Assembly (NCBI GenBank): GCA_964363635.1
Contig: CAYIIU010000001.1
Span: 5,112-69,111 of the forward strand
Direction: 5' to 3'
DNA length: 64,000 nt
From: an uncultured archaeon
Lineage (GTDB): Archaea > Iainarchaeota > Iainarchaeia > Iainarchaeales > VGJJ01
Made by a program: the position numbers and the translations under genes. How positions within the stretch are numbered: the stretch's first letter is position 1; every line of letters starts with the position of its first letter. Under the pieces are notes generated by a model. It searched no databases, was not told where the DNA came from, and saw nothing but the letters and a program-made list of their open reading frames with translations. Positions 7,762 through 17,998 of this stretch are shown here, one piece after another.

Positions 7762-9519
7762 ATGCGACGCACGCCAGTACCTATTTTTGTTTTAGCTGCT
7801 TTTTTGATTATTTTTTCCACTGGAGCGTGGGGATTAGTTTGCGGAGACACGAGTGGAGCGCTTCCTGCAGGAGCGGTTTCACTTTTTAGAATTGATTCGG
7901 TGCACAATGCACATGCGGAAGAAGCAGCAGGCACGACGTACAATAGAGTTGTTTACTGCGCGCCCAGCGTAGGAGAACCTGCACTCGTTGCAAATGCGGC
8001 TGGCGGAACAGAACTGTTACACCTAAATACCCCCACCAGTGCGCATGCCGAATTTCCAACAGGAACAAATTACACTATACCAATTAGATTGGGCACGAAT
8101 AATGGAACACAAGTACTGGTGCTAATGGTAGATGCTGCATCAGACACCTGCACAACACACAATGCCTCGGGCATCACCTACCAAGAAGTAGTTCGACTCG
8201 CACGCCCCACCAATTCTCATTTGCAAAGCAACAGCTACAATGGCCCTAGTTCGCTTTACCCGCGCCGCGTGTGCGTGTCAGTAAATATGAGCGGGGGAAG
8301 CGTGCCGGATAATGATATTGTTCAAACAACCGTAAGTGGAACGCCTGCAACGGTTGCAATGAACGGCGCAATAAGCTCCAATATTTTAACACGAAATTTA
8401 GTAGCGGGCGATACAGACTATACTGATATTTCTACTATAACAGTTACAACAATGTGTCGAATTGGAACAGGAAATTGTGATGCTATTTCAAGTTCGCCAT
8501 CAAAATACGACGCATATTTGAATGAACTAACATTGATGAGCGCAAATGGTTATTCTGGAGCACTCATCCCGGCATCCCTCGACATTGTACAATATGGGTC
8601 GAACTCGCAGAGCGGATTTGTGGGCGCCATGAGTGCACTTTACGGTGCAAACAAAATAACATCTACAGGGCAATTAGATACAATAACAAATGCATCTAAC
8701 GACACGCACACGAAAGTGTATAACATCAATCCAGCAGCACAATTACTCACGCCCGGGCAATATCGAATATTTTCGCTCACTTGGAGAGCAGATTTTGATT
8801 ATCAGACTAACCCAAAAGTTGAAGTGGATTATCAAACATCAAACTTTAGCGAAACAACTTTTTCAGTAACTGGATTTTGTGGGGATGGATACATTGACCC
8901 GACAAGCACACCTATTGAAGTATGTGAACCGCCAGGATTTCCAGGAGGGTGCCCAGCAACCTCAACATGCAACAGTACATGCGATGCATGCTTATCAAGC
9001 GGGCCTGGGACTTCAGGAACGGCCGGAGACGTGTACGTGCTGAAGAATATTGTCTTCCCGAACGTGTACAACGGAAGCGATATTGTCGCGAACATCACCA
9101 TCGAAAACAAAAACATGACGGCGGCATCCGACCCCATCCAAGAAAAGCTCCTCATCACAATTCGCGACTCACAGGGGGTTTTAGATCCGATTTGGAATCA
9201 ATATCCTATTGACATCCTTAGCTTTGGAGGCGTGTCCAAAAAGACGATTCAAGTCACCATCCAAACAGGTGGAGTGGCACCATTTTTGACACCGGGAAAA
9301 ACATACACGCTCTACGCGACGGTGCAGAAATTTATAGACACCATTCCACCCATCGACGCTACTGAAACAATCACCGCCAACAACAGCGCGTACAAAACAT
9401 TTACCACACTCAATGCGCCCCAAACGTTTGCCATCCCCGATTCGCCTTGGTGGATGAGTATACTTGTGTTCGGAATGATTGCGGGATGGTTATTCGTCTC
9501 CGCTCGCAAGAAAAATTAA
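7762..9519 (+). CDS. secreted surface protein with C-terminal membrane anchor
   Basis: Signal peptide, three NAH-type repeats, Cys-rich CGDG segment, CARDB/Ig-like domain (ETITANNS), tail IPDSP-TM-RKKN. Confidence 0.85.
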   Translation: MRRTPVPIFVLAAFLIIFSTGAWGLVCGDTSGALPAGAVSLFRIDSVHNAHAEEAAGTTYNRVVYCAPSVGEPALVANAAGGTELLHLNTPTSAHAEFPTGTNYTIPIRLGTNNGTQVLVLMVDAASDTCTTHNASGITYQEVVRLARPTNSHLQSNSYNGPSSLYPRRVCVSVNMSGGSVPDNDIVQTTVSGTPATVAMNGAISSNILTRNLVAGDTDYTDISTITVTTMCRIGTGNCDAISSSPSKYDAYLNELTLMSANGYSGALIPASLDIVQYGSNSQSGFVGAMSALYGANKITSTGQLDTITNASNDTHTKVYNINPAAQLLTPGQYRIFSLTWRADFDYQTNPKVEVDYQTSNFSETTFSVTGFCGDGYIDPTSTPIEVCEPPGFPGGCPATSTCNSTCDACLSSGPGTSGTAGDVYVLKNIVFPNVYNGSDIVANITIENKNMTAASDPIQEKLLITIRDSQGVLDPIWNQYPIDILSFGGVSKKTIQVTIQTGGVAPFLTPGKTYTLYATVQKFIDTIPPIDATETITANNSAYKTFTTLNAPQTFAIPDSPWWMSILVFGMIAGWLFVSARKKN

Positions 9520-9550
9520 CTTTTGGGAAAAAAAATATTGAGAACCCTCA

Positions 9551-11077
9551 TTACTTTTTTTCTATTTCAAACTTAGGGAACAAAACAGGCCCTTTGACGA
9601 TTTTCTTTCCGCTCAACGAAGGGGTTTTGTTCAGCGCCGTGAACGAGGGCTTTTCGAAACCAATTTGTGAAATTATTTTCTCGCACGTTTGGGGAAGGAC
9701 GGGTGCGAGAAGGATGCTCAGCACGCGGATGATTTCAATCTCCGTAGCAAGCAGCGACTCTACTTCCGCACGCTTGCCCTCTTTCATTAATTTCCACGGC
9801 TCGGTATCGGCGATGAATTTGTTTCCCACCGCGGAAACCTTCATCACTTGAACAAGGGCATTCTGAATGTCATGCTCCAAATAGAAACGATACGCTTCCT
9901 GCGCGTGAACGCGGGCTTGTTGAAGAACCGCCTCATTCAATGCCGCGTCGGGAATGACTCCATTCGTGTATTTTTCCATCATGGATAACACACGAAAAAC
10001 CAAATTGCCGAGACTGTTTCCTAATTCAGAGTTGGCACGCTCGACGAGGTTCTTTTCCGAAAAAGCAATGTCATTTCCCAATGGGACTTCGCGTAAGAGG
10101 TAATAGCGCAGGGCTTCCATGCCATATTTTGGAATAATTTGCAATGGGTCAACGCCATTTCCCAAACTTTTGGAAAATTTTATTCCATTTTCATCATTAA
10201 CGAAGCCATGAACGATAACTTGCTTGGGCAAAGCAATATTCGCGCTCATGAGCATGGCAGGCCAGAGCAATGAATGAAAGCGGTTGATGTCCATCCCGAT
10301 AACATGTACATCTGCCGGCCAAAAGTCCGTGTATTTCTTTTCGGGAAAACCGCACACCGTAAGATAGTTCACGAGGGCATCAGACCACACGTACATCGTG
10401 TGCTCCGGATTCACGGGCGTGGGAATTCCCCACTTGATGGATTTGCGAGAGAACGAAACGTCGTGCAATCCTTGCTTGAGAAAATTTTCCATCTCTTTCT
10501 TTCGAAACTCCGGAAAAACATTTCCAGGGGTTTGCGCGTACCACTCTTCGAGCTTTTTTTGAAACGCACTCCATTTGAAAAAATAACTTTCCTCTTTGAC
10601 CTTTTTCAATTCCTTTCCGCAATGCGTATTCGGGCAGAAGCGCTTGCCGAGCTTTTCAACGGTGTCCTTCTCTGTCCAGAACGTTTCGTCCGAAACACAA
10701 TACCATCCTTCGTACATGTCGGGGTAAATGTCATCGTTGTCCCACATTAATTGAAAAAAATGCTGCGCGGCTTTCACGTGATCCGCGTCAGTGGTGCGGA
10801 CGAAGCGGTCGTAGGAGATGAGAGCCATGTCCATGAGCTTCTGGAATTCAGCCGACATCTCATCCACAAATTGTTTGGGAGGAAGATTGGCGTGCTTCGC
10901 GGACTCGGCGATCTTTTCGCCGTGCTCGTCCGTGCCAACCGTGAACAAGACTTTTTCACCATTCAGACGGTGAACGCGGGCAATGACATCCGCTACCGTC
11001 TTCTCGTAGACATGACCCATGTGCAATTTTGCATTAGGGTAGTCAATCGCGCACGAGATGAAGAAACCCTTGGACAT
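9551..11077 (-). CDS. metG: methionine--tRNA ligase (short form)
   Basis: HMGH, GTDEHG, YVWSDAL, KFSKS in place of KMSKS; no C-terminal tRNA-binding domain. Confidence 0.97.
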   Translation of the reverse strand: MSKGFFISCAIDYPNAKLHMGHVYEKTVADVIARVHRLNGEKVLFTVGTDEHGEKIAESAKHANLPPKQFVDEMSAEFQKLMDMALISYDRFVRTTDADHVKAAQHFFQLMWDNDDIYPDMYEGWYCVSDETFWTEKDTVEKLGKRFCPNTHCGKELKKVKEESYFFKWSAFQKKLEEWYAQTPGNVFPEFRKKEMENFLKQGLHDVSFSRKSIKWGIPTPVNPEHTMYVWSDALVNYLTVCGFPEKKYTDFWPADVHVIGMDINRFHSLLWPAMLMSANIALPKQVIVHGFVNDENGIKFSKSLGNGVDPLQIIPKYGMEALRYYLLREVPLGNDIAFSEKNLVERANSELGNSLGNLVFRVLSMMEKYTNGVIPDAALNEAVLQQARVHAQEAYRFYLEHDIQNALVQVMKVSAVGNKFIADTEPWKLMKEGKRAEVESLLATEIEIIRVLSILLAPVLPQTCEKIISQIGFEKPSFTALNKTPSLSGKKIVKGPVLFPKFEIEKK

Positions 11078-11122
11078 ACGCTCAACTTGTTCAAAATAAG
11101 TTAAAAGAACAGCGGTGCAGCA

Positions 11123-11950
11123 TCAGTCTTTGGGTTGAAATTGTCCATCTTTATAGACGAATCCATCTGCTGGAGAGGCGCGAACTCGCAATCCTTTCTT
11201 CTTGGCAGCTTCAAAAAATTTGTCATAACGGGCGAGTGCATCTTCGACCATTTTCCAATTCTTTGTAGTGTAACCTGTCATTAATTCATATTGGTAGCTG
11301 GCATTAACCATCTGCATCCAGGTTAAAATAATTCGATCCCGCGATTTTTTCCCCAATAGAATAGAGAAGCACCCCCTTACTTTTCCTTTTTCATCGACAA
11401 CTGCAATGTGTGTCTTTCTCAATGCGTGATTTCCTTCACCCTCTACTAACCGACGATAGGCATCGATGAATCGAACTAAATCCGGCCGACTGTGTTGGCT
11501 CGCCGCACGATTGCGCAAGTGACGCGGCATATCTTTGGGAAACGCTAACAACGGATGAGTGTGGATTTCCGAGGAATCAGTAGAGAGTGGAGGAACGAAT
11601 TCTACTTGGTCGTGTGAACGGGAAAGGGCAGCCCAACGCAATTGACCAGGTTTACCTTTCTGCTTGTACCAGCCTGCTTCGTGAGTAGCAATATCTGGAG
11701 TTTTTTCGATAATCTCGCGCACCGAAGAAGGCTTACGAGTCGAAACGTGTGGCAAACGATTTACCTCATCGTACTTTGCTTGCTTGCGCGCGTCTATTTC
11801 TGCCATTTTATCAGCAACTTTTTTTACACCCATCCAGACAATGGCGGTTGCACCTGCAGCGAGACCTAATTTCAACAAGGCCCGTCGACTAATAATTGGG
11901 GTAGAAGCAGTGACACGTTTTCTTTGCCGATTGTGACGCCACCCAAACAT
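11123..11950 (-). CDS. orphan with twin-arginine-like TM segment and JAB/MPN-like motif
   Basis: Probable start MFGWRH at 11950; SRRALLKLGLAAGATAIVW; HEAG...EIHTHP...SRPD. Confidence 0.6.
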   Translation of the reverse strand: MFGWRHNRQRKRVTASTPIISRRALLKLGLAAGATAIVWMGVKKVADKMAEIDARKQAKYDEVNRLPHVSTRKPSSVREIIEKTPDIATHEAGWYKQKGKPGQLRWAALSRSHDQVEFVPPLSTDSSEIHTHPLLAFPKDMPRHLRNRAASQHSRPDLVRFIDAYRRLVEGEGNHALRKTHIAVVDEKGKVRGCFSILLGKKSRDRIILTWMQMVNASYQYELMTGYTTKNWKMVEDALARYDKFFEAAKKKGLRVRASPADGFVYKDGQFQPKD

Positions 11951-12164
11951 GCAGCTTAAAAGAATGAGAAGAATATAACTATTAGTTCGAAACCCGAAGC
12001 TGAACCGTATTAAGACGGTTCGAAAACCAATGCCAGCGAGGATAAGTAGTCGTACACGCATCACACTAGTCTCCCAAATTTTTTACGTAAAACTCCCCAT
12101 CCGTAGCACGGCGGTCTGCTGACATAACCGCTATAAATGATAAAATCGTGAGCTTACGCAGGGC

Positions 12165-15100
12165 ATGGGTATGGAAAGAGAAAGTTTTGGATTCGAGGAA
12201 GCGAAAGGCTTCCACAAGCCGGAAGAGACGGAGATAGCGCAGACGCCCCTCAAGGGAGCCGCAAACCCCTTCATCCCCAAATTCGAAGAATTCTTTTCCA
12301 CTCAAGAGTATAAGAAAAAGATCGAGAAGCTCGCCCACGAATACCCGCAAAACAAATCGCTGATTGTGGACTACAACGATGTGGATTCGTTTGATTATCA
12401 ACTCGCCGAAGAATTGCTCGCCCATCCTGATTTGTTGATTGAAGCCGCGGAACTGGCCGTGCAAAAAATTGAAGTGCCAGTGCTGCAAATGGATAAATTT
12501 TCTCCCAATGTACGTTTTCGGGGATTGCCCAAAGACAAGTCCCCCCTCGTGCGGGACATTTCCGCGCAGCAATTGGGAAAACTATTCGCCGTGGAGGGAG
12601 TTATTAGACAAGTCACCGAAGTCATGCCTAAATTGAAAAGCGCCACATGGAGATGCAAGCGCTGCGGAAACCAATACATCTTGGAGCAGGACGGGCACCA
12701 ACAGCGCAAGCCCGCATTCTGCAATTGCAAACACCGCGACTTTGAATTGGTTCCCGAAGAAAGCACGTTCGTGGACTATCAAAAAATTCAGATTCAAGAA
12801 CCCTTAGAAATGCTCAAAGGAAGCGAGCAAGCCGTGAATTTGGATGTGTACATTGAAGACGACTTCGTGAATCGCGTGTATCCGGGAAACCGCACGCAGA
12901 TTACGGGGATTTTGAGACTGTATCCGCCCAACAAGGACAAAAAGAATGTCTATGGAAGATACTTGGAAGCCATTCATCTGGAAGAAACGGAAAAAGAATT
13001 CGAAGACGTTACCATCAACGAAGAGGATGAAGTGAAAATCAAAGAAATCGCCAAGAATCCTAAGATTTATGAGATACTCGTACAATCGATCGCCCCCACG
13101 ATTCATGGACACGAAATCGTGAAAGAATCCATTTCGCTTCAGCTTTTTGGAGGAGTAAAGAAGACACTCCCCGGGGATATGAAAATCCGCGGAAATATTC
13201 ACGTTTTGCTTGTGGGCGATCCTGGCACTGGTAAAAGTATCCTCCTGCAAGCGACGGACAAGATTGCGCCGAAGAGCGTGTATGTGAGTGGTAAAGGAAG
13301 CACGAGTGCAGGATTATGCGTTGCACCTGACTCACTTATTTTGAATGATAATGGTTTCAAATCGATTGAAGAGTTTGTTGAAACAAAATTCGACAATCAA
13401 TTGCAGCGGGAAGAATTGCCCGGAGCATTTAGCAATGAATTCATGGGACAGACGCACAGCCTCACTCCACAATTGGATTTCTCAGTTCAACCTGTTGAGA
13501 AAATCTGGAGAATTAAAGCTCCGCCAAAGATGATTCAATTCACTACTAAAACAGGAAGAGAATTGAGCCTTACACCCGCAACCTCGCTGATCCGACTCAA
13601 AAGTAGTAAAGCGGAATGGATTGAAGCAAATGAATTACAAGCAGGAGACTATGTGGCAGTACCTCGCTTTTTGCCTGAAGGACAACGAAAAAATATTCCA
13701 ACCTTCACCGTATTGCTGGATGACCCGTACATCAAAATTGGAAATCCATTAGCGGAATGGATGAAAGAAATAATCGCGAAGCTCGTTCCGAAATACGGAA
13801 GCAAACAGGCCATCGCCAAAAAAGTGGGAAAAAGCAGGGACACTATCTATGCGATCCAAAACCCTAAATTCCACCACGGATGGGAACTGCAGAAAGTAGT
13901 TGGATTAGCACGCGAAGCAGGATATTCCGATAATCAAATCGCCCAAAAGATAACAACCCTATTCATTCGACATGGCTTTACAAATCAAATCCCCACCTAC
14001 CTAGATGACCCTGATGTCACCTACCTCGTTGGAGCCATTATCGGGGATGGAAGCATGGAAGATGCAGAAGATTGCACGACCATTCGTCTCTGCGGGAACG
14101 ATCCGCAGATACTTGATCGATGCACCAAAATATTGCATGATAAATTTGGAATCATTCCTGAAAAGGAGAAGAATGCGGATAGGGAGAGAGTCCCCTCCTT
14201 ACGAATGAGTTCCCGTGTTTTAGGAAAAATTCTTCGCGCGTATGGAATGCGACATGAGAAAAAAGAAAACGCACTGTCTCACATGGCAACAGAGATGCCT
14301 AACCATATTCTTCGAAATTTACTCCAAGGATTATTTGATACAGACGGATACGCAGATGATTCTAAAACAGGTGGAAAAAATGTTGGAATAAGTTCTGTCA
14401 GTCCTGAACTAATTAAAACAATTCACCTCTCGCTACTCAAATTTGGGATTATTTCCAAAAAGAGATTCCGTAAGAGAGCAGGAAATGTCGCAATCGGAAA
14501 AAAAATCACGGTAATAAGCCGAAACGATCAATACTCCATCGAAATTTATGGGAAAAAGAATATGGAGCTTTTCAGAGAAAAAATAGGGTTTGGTCTCGCC
14601 CGAAAACAAGAGACTCTGGATAAAATAATCAACAGCATACATGAAGAAAGGACAAATATTGATTTTATTCCGGAGATTCAAGAGGCACTTCAAACAACAA
14701 ATGCCAAAAGCCAATACAAAAAAGGAAAAGTTCGGATTTCCCGAACAAAATTGAAGGAATTAATGAAGGATCTGGAAGATTGTTTCTTGCAAAAATTGGG
14801 AAACGCCAATGTCCTTTGGGACCAAATCAAAGTGAAGAAAGAGTTTTCGCCCGATTATGAATACGTCTATGATATGACCGTTAGCGGCAGCCATAACTTC
14901 ATTGCGAATGGGTTTTACGTCCATAACACGGCTTCCGCCGTGAAAGATGATTTTGGTGAAGGCGGATGGACGCTCAAAGCCGGTGCGCTCGTGCTTGCGT
15001 CCGGCGGAATGGTTATGGTAGATGAATTTGATAAGATGGAATGCTTGATGGGAGACACGCTCGTCTGCTCCGAAAACGGAGAACTGAAACCCATTCAAAC

Positions 15101-17699
15101 CATTTTTGAAGAAGTCAAAAAAGAAGGAAGAATCGAAAAGACAAAAAAAGGAACAAGTGTGCGCGGCATCCAAAATAGATTCGTTCTTTCAATGGACAAA
15201 AACTTGAAAATGGTCAAACGAAAAGTGTTGGCCGCACATGAGTATTCCCATGATGGAAGAATTTTGGAAATCCGACTTCAGAGCGGAGAAAAAATAAAAG
15301 CCACTCCTAATCACCCTTTTTTTACTTCTACCGAAAAAGAAGTCAAGACTATTAAAGCAGGATTCTTGAAAAAAGGAGACTTTGTGCTAGTCCCTGCGCG
15401 CGTCCCTAATGAGGATGGGGGGAAATCAAATGAGAAACTTTCCCGCATGTATGGATATTTAGCGGGGGACGGAAACGTTACTTACAACCCGCCTGAAAAC
15501 TACTTGGTCCGATTTACGAATAAGGATGCAGACCTCTTGGATGATTTCAGCATATGCTGCGAAAACACGTTTGGTAAACCCACCATTTACCCGAGCGAGA
15601 TAAGGGCGGGAGGATTAATGTGTACGCGCATCAATGGACAAGCGCACATTGACTTCATTGCTGAACACGCTCCCGGACTCATGGAGAAATTTGAGCGCAA
15701 ATACACTCCGACAAGCATCTTTCATTCCTCTCGAAACACGTCCAATTACCTGCGAGGACTCTTTGACTCGGAGGGAAGCGTGGACATGAGACACCAGCAG
15801 ATCAGCTTTGCGTCAACGAGTGAAAGATTGACCTTGGAAGTTAAAGCACTACTATTGAAATACGGCATTCTCTCCCAAATACAGCACAAGAAACCAAAGG
15901 GGAATAAAATGACGGCATACGTGCTTCGAATCACCGACGCCGATTCGCTCCATTCATTTTTAAAAAAAATTGGATTCACCAGCCGACGAAAATACAAAAA
16001 ACTCGAAACATTCATTCAACCTACTAAAGAAAGGAGCGTCATCAATGTAATCCCAAATATTGGGGGGCTTCTCAAAGAAATTCGCATACCATTGGGTTTG
16101 CATCAAAAGCAATGCGGGATAAATAAAACGACCTACAACAATTTTGAAAAGGGGGCCGCCAACATAAGCATAAAAAATGCCCAGAAAGTATTGACGGCAT
16201 TCAAAAAAACAGCGGCGCAAAAGAACGTTTCAGATGAAACAAAAGAGAGAATGAAGTATTTCGAAGCCCTCGCTATGGGAGACGTCCGCTGGAGAAAAGT
16301 CGATGAAATAAAAGAAGCCAGCATTTCTTTGGATACTCACCTAAGCTATCAGCGTACCCACCAGATAAATCAAATTTTAAAAAAAACTGGAATGAAAAAA
16401 GTCTCCCATCAAAAAATGATAGAGAGAATTCCAATACTTATTCAAGAAATAGAAAAGGCCAACGAAACTATTCAAGAATATGTTGACAAAGAAAAGCATT
16501 CGTGGAGTGAAATAAAGGAAGTCATCAGAAAAAACACAATTAGCCACTCTGAAATAGCCAAAGAAGTGGGAGTGAACCAAGCCACTTTTACTAGGTGGGC
16601 GAATCAAAATACAAAACCGCCGCTGAATGCATTGCAGCAGACGGCCCAAGCGGTAAAAAAAAGATTAATTAGAAGAAAACAAACAACTGAAAGTCTGGTA
16701 CAGCTATTAAGTGAGACAATCGCTAAACCAACCGCCAAAATATATGATTTGACTATCGAAGGAAGCCACAATTTCATCGCCAACAATATTATCGTACACA
16801 ACTCCGAAGACCGGTCAGCGATGCATGAGGCGATGGAACAAGGACAAGTGAGTGTAGCGAAAGCCGGAATGGTCACGCGATTCAAAACGGACACTTCAGT
16901 ATTAGCCGCGGCCAATCCAAAACTTTCGCGCTTTGACACGTTCAAACCATTTTTCGAACAAATTGACTTGCCCCCCTCTCTCATTTCGCGATTTGATTTA
17001 TTTTTCATGATTCGCGACACGCTCAACAAGGAACGAGATGAAATGATTGCCGCGCACATCTTGTCCTCGCATAAAGTGGGGGAGCAGATGCTGCAGATGC
17101 AGCGCGCGGGAAAGAAGGGGTACACGGATGAAATGCTGAAAATGGAAGAGAAAGTCACGCCCATTATTGACATCGAATTGTTGCGAAAATACATATCCTA
17201 CTCGCGACAGCGCGTGTTTCCCATTTTGAGTTTAGAGGCCACCCAACTGATTCAAGACTTTTACGTTGGTTTACGTGATCAGGGAAGACAGCAGGGGAGC
17301 TATGCAGCAACGGCGAGACAATTGGAAGGACTCGTACGATTGGCGGAAGCCTCTGCACGCGTACGTTTGAGTGACGAAGTGACGCAAGAAGATGCGGAAC
17401 GTGCCATGCGACTCGTGCGCGCTTCGTTAGAGGATGTGGTGAAAGACCCCGAGACGGGAAGAATTGACATCGATATTGTTACCAGCGGACAAACACAAAG
17501 TTCGCGCGACCATATGCGCACCATCACGGACATCATCAAGGCGAAAAGCAAGGAAATGGACAAAGTCCCCATTCAAGATGTCGTTGCGGAAGCGTTGTCG
17601 AGAGGAATCGAAGAAGAGAAAGTGCGCGATTTGATTACCAAACTCAAGAAAGCGGGAGATATTTACGAACCCTCGCACGGTTTCCTCAAATCGGCGTGA
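12165..17699 (+). CDS. mcm: replicative helicase MCM with two inteins
   Basis: Zn finger, GDPGTGKS, DEFDKM, MHEAMEQ, AAANP, SRFD, RQLE; about 720 aa after splicing. Confidence 0.97.
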   Translation: MGMERESFGFEEAKGFHKPEETEIAQTPLKGAANPFIPKFEEFFSTQEYKKKIEKLAHEYPQNKSLIVDYNDVDSFDYQLAEELLAHPDLLIEAAELAVQKIEVPVLQMDKFSPNVRFRGLPKDKSPLVRDISAQQLGKLFAVEGVIRQVTEVMPKLKSATWRCKRCGNQYILEQDGHQQRKPAFCNCKHRDFELVPEESTFVDYQKIQIQEPLEMLKGSEQAVNLDVYIEDDFVNRVYPGNRTQITGILRLYPPNKDKKNVYGRYLEAIHLEETEKEFEDVTINEEDEVKIKEIAKNPKIYEILVQSIAPTIHGHEIVKESISLQLFGGVKKTLPGDMKIRGNIHVLLVGDPGTGKSILLQATDKIAPKSVYVSGKGSTSAGLCVAPDSLILNDNGFKSIEEFVETKFDNQLQREELPGAFSNEFMGQTHSLTPQLDFSVQPVEKIWRIKAPPKMIQFTTKTGRELSLTPATSLIRLKSSKAEWIEANELQAGDYVAVPRFLPEGQRKNIPTFTVLLDDPYIKIGNPLAEWMKEIIAKLVPKYGSKQAIAKKVGKSRDTIYAIQNPKFHHGWELQKVVGLAREAGYSDNQIAQKITTLFIRHGFTNQIPTYLDDPDVTYLVGAIIGDGSMEDAEDCTTIRLCGNDPQILDRCTKILHDKFGIIPEKEKNADRERVPSLRMSSRVLGKILRAYGMRHEKKENALSHMATEMPNHILRNLLQGLFDTDGYADDSKTGGKNVGISSVSPELIKTIHLSLLKFGIISKKRFRKRAGNVAIGKKITVISRNDQYSIEIYGKKNMELFREKIGFGLARKQETLDKIINSIHEERTNIDFIPEIQEALQTTNAKSQYKKGKVRISRTKLKELMKDLEDCFLQKLGNANVLWDQIKVKKEFSPDYEYVYDMTVSGSHNFIANGFYVHNTASAVKDDFGEGGWTLKAGALVLASGGMVMVDEFDKMECLMGDTLVCSENGELKPIQTIFEEVKKEGRIEKTKKGTSVRGIQNRFVLSMDKNLKMVKRKVLAAHEYSHDGRILEIRLQSGEKIKATPNHPFFTSTEKEVKTIKAGFLKKGDFVLVPARVPNEDGGKSNEKLSRMYGYLAGDGNVTYNPPENYLVRFTNKDADLLDDFSICCENTFGKPTIYPSEIRAGGLMCTRINGQAHIDFIAEHAPGLMEKFERKYTPTSIFHSSRNTSNYLRGLFDSEGSVDMRHQQISFASTSERLTLEVKALLLKYGILSQIQHKKPKGNKMTAYVLRITDADSLHSFLKKIGFTSRRKYKKLETFIQPTKERSVINVIPNIGGLLKEIRIPLGLHQKQCGINKTTYNNFEKGAANISIKNAQKVLTAFKKTAAQKNVSDETKERMKYFEALAMGDVRWRKVDEIKEASISLDTHLSYQRTHQINQILKKTGMKKVSHQKMIERIPILIQEIEKANETIQEYVDKEKHSWSEIKEVIRKNTISHSEIAKEVGVNQATFTRWANQNTKPPLNALQQTAQAVKKRLIRRKQTTESLVQLLSETIAKPTAKIYDLTIEGSHNFIANNIIVHNSEDRSAMHEAMEQGQVSVAKAGMVTRFKTDTSVLAAANPKLSRFDTFKPFFEQIDLPPSLISRFDLFFMIRDTLNKERDEMIAAHILSSHKVGEQMLQMQRAGKKGYTDEMLKMEEKVTPIIDIELLRKYISYSRQRVFPILSLEATQLIQDFYVGLRDQGRQQGSYAATARQLEGLVRLAEASARVRLSDEVTQEDAERAMRLVRASLEDVVKDPETGRIDIDIVTSGQTQSSRDHMRTITDIIKAKSKEMDKVPIQDVVAEALSRGIEEEKVRDLITKLKKAGDIYEPSHGFLKSA
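13317..14927 (+). mobile_element. MCM intein 1 (537 aa, LAGLIDADG + HTH)
   Basis: SAGL|CVAPD ... LVGAIIGDG, LLQGLFDTDG ... VYDMTV..HNFIANGFYVHN|T. Confidence 0.95.
15042..16802 (+). mobile_element. MCM intein 2 (587 aa, LAGLIDADG + two HTH domains)
   Basis: DKME|CLMGD, TPNHPF, MYGYLAGDG, LRGLFDSEG, IYDLTI..HNFIANNIIVHN|S. Confidence 0.95.
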
Positions 17700-17736
17700 A
17701 GCAAAACCATAAATAGAGAAACTTGTTTTCTCCCAC

Positions 17737-17997
17737 ATGGGCAGACAAGGCCGAAAGCCAATGGGATCGAACCAAAAATCGCACGCCGAAATAACATTGC
17801 GTTCGCATTATGGTTTGGCGCGAAAAGCAGGAAATGCATTCAATCAAAGCCAAAATCCAAAAACGAAAGCGGCAGTGGAAGGAATCATGGAAAGTGCACG
17901 AAAACATTTACGCGCAGTTAATGCCGAGCGCGCCAAAGAATACAAAAAACCCCTTACGTTGAAAGAACTCATCGAATTTATCCAAGACAGTGAATAA
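17737..17997 (+). CDS. hypothetical basic protein
   Basis: ORF fills the gap after mcm; no motif recognised. Confidence 0.6.
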   Translation: MGRQGRKPMGSNQKSHAEITLRSHYGLARKAGNAFNQSQNPKTKAAVEGIMESARKHLRAVNAERAKEYKKPLTLKELIEFIQDSE

Positions 17998-17998
17998 T

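Noticed and set aside
11985..12030. Replication origin upstream of mcm (GAACCGT/ACGGTTC palindrome, GTTCGAAA repeat)
   Set aside because: There is no ORB consensus with a G-string, no clear unwinding element and no cdc6/orc1 nearby.
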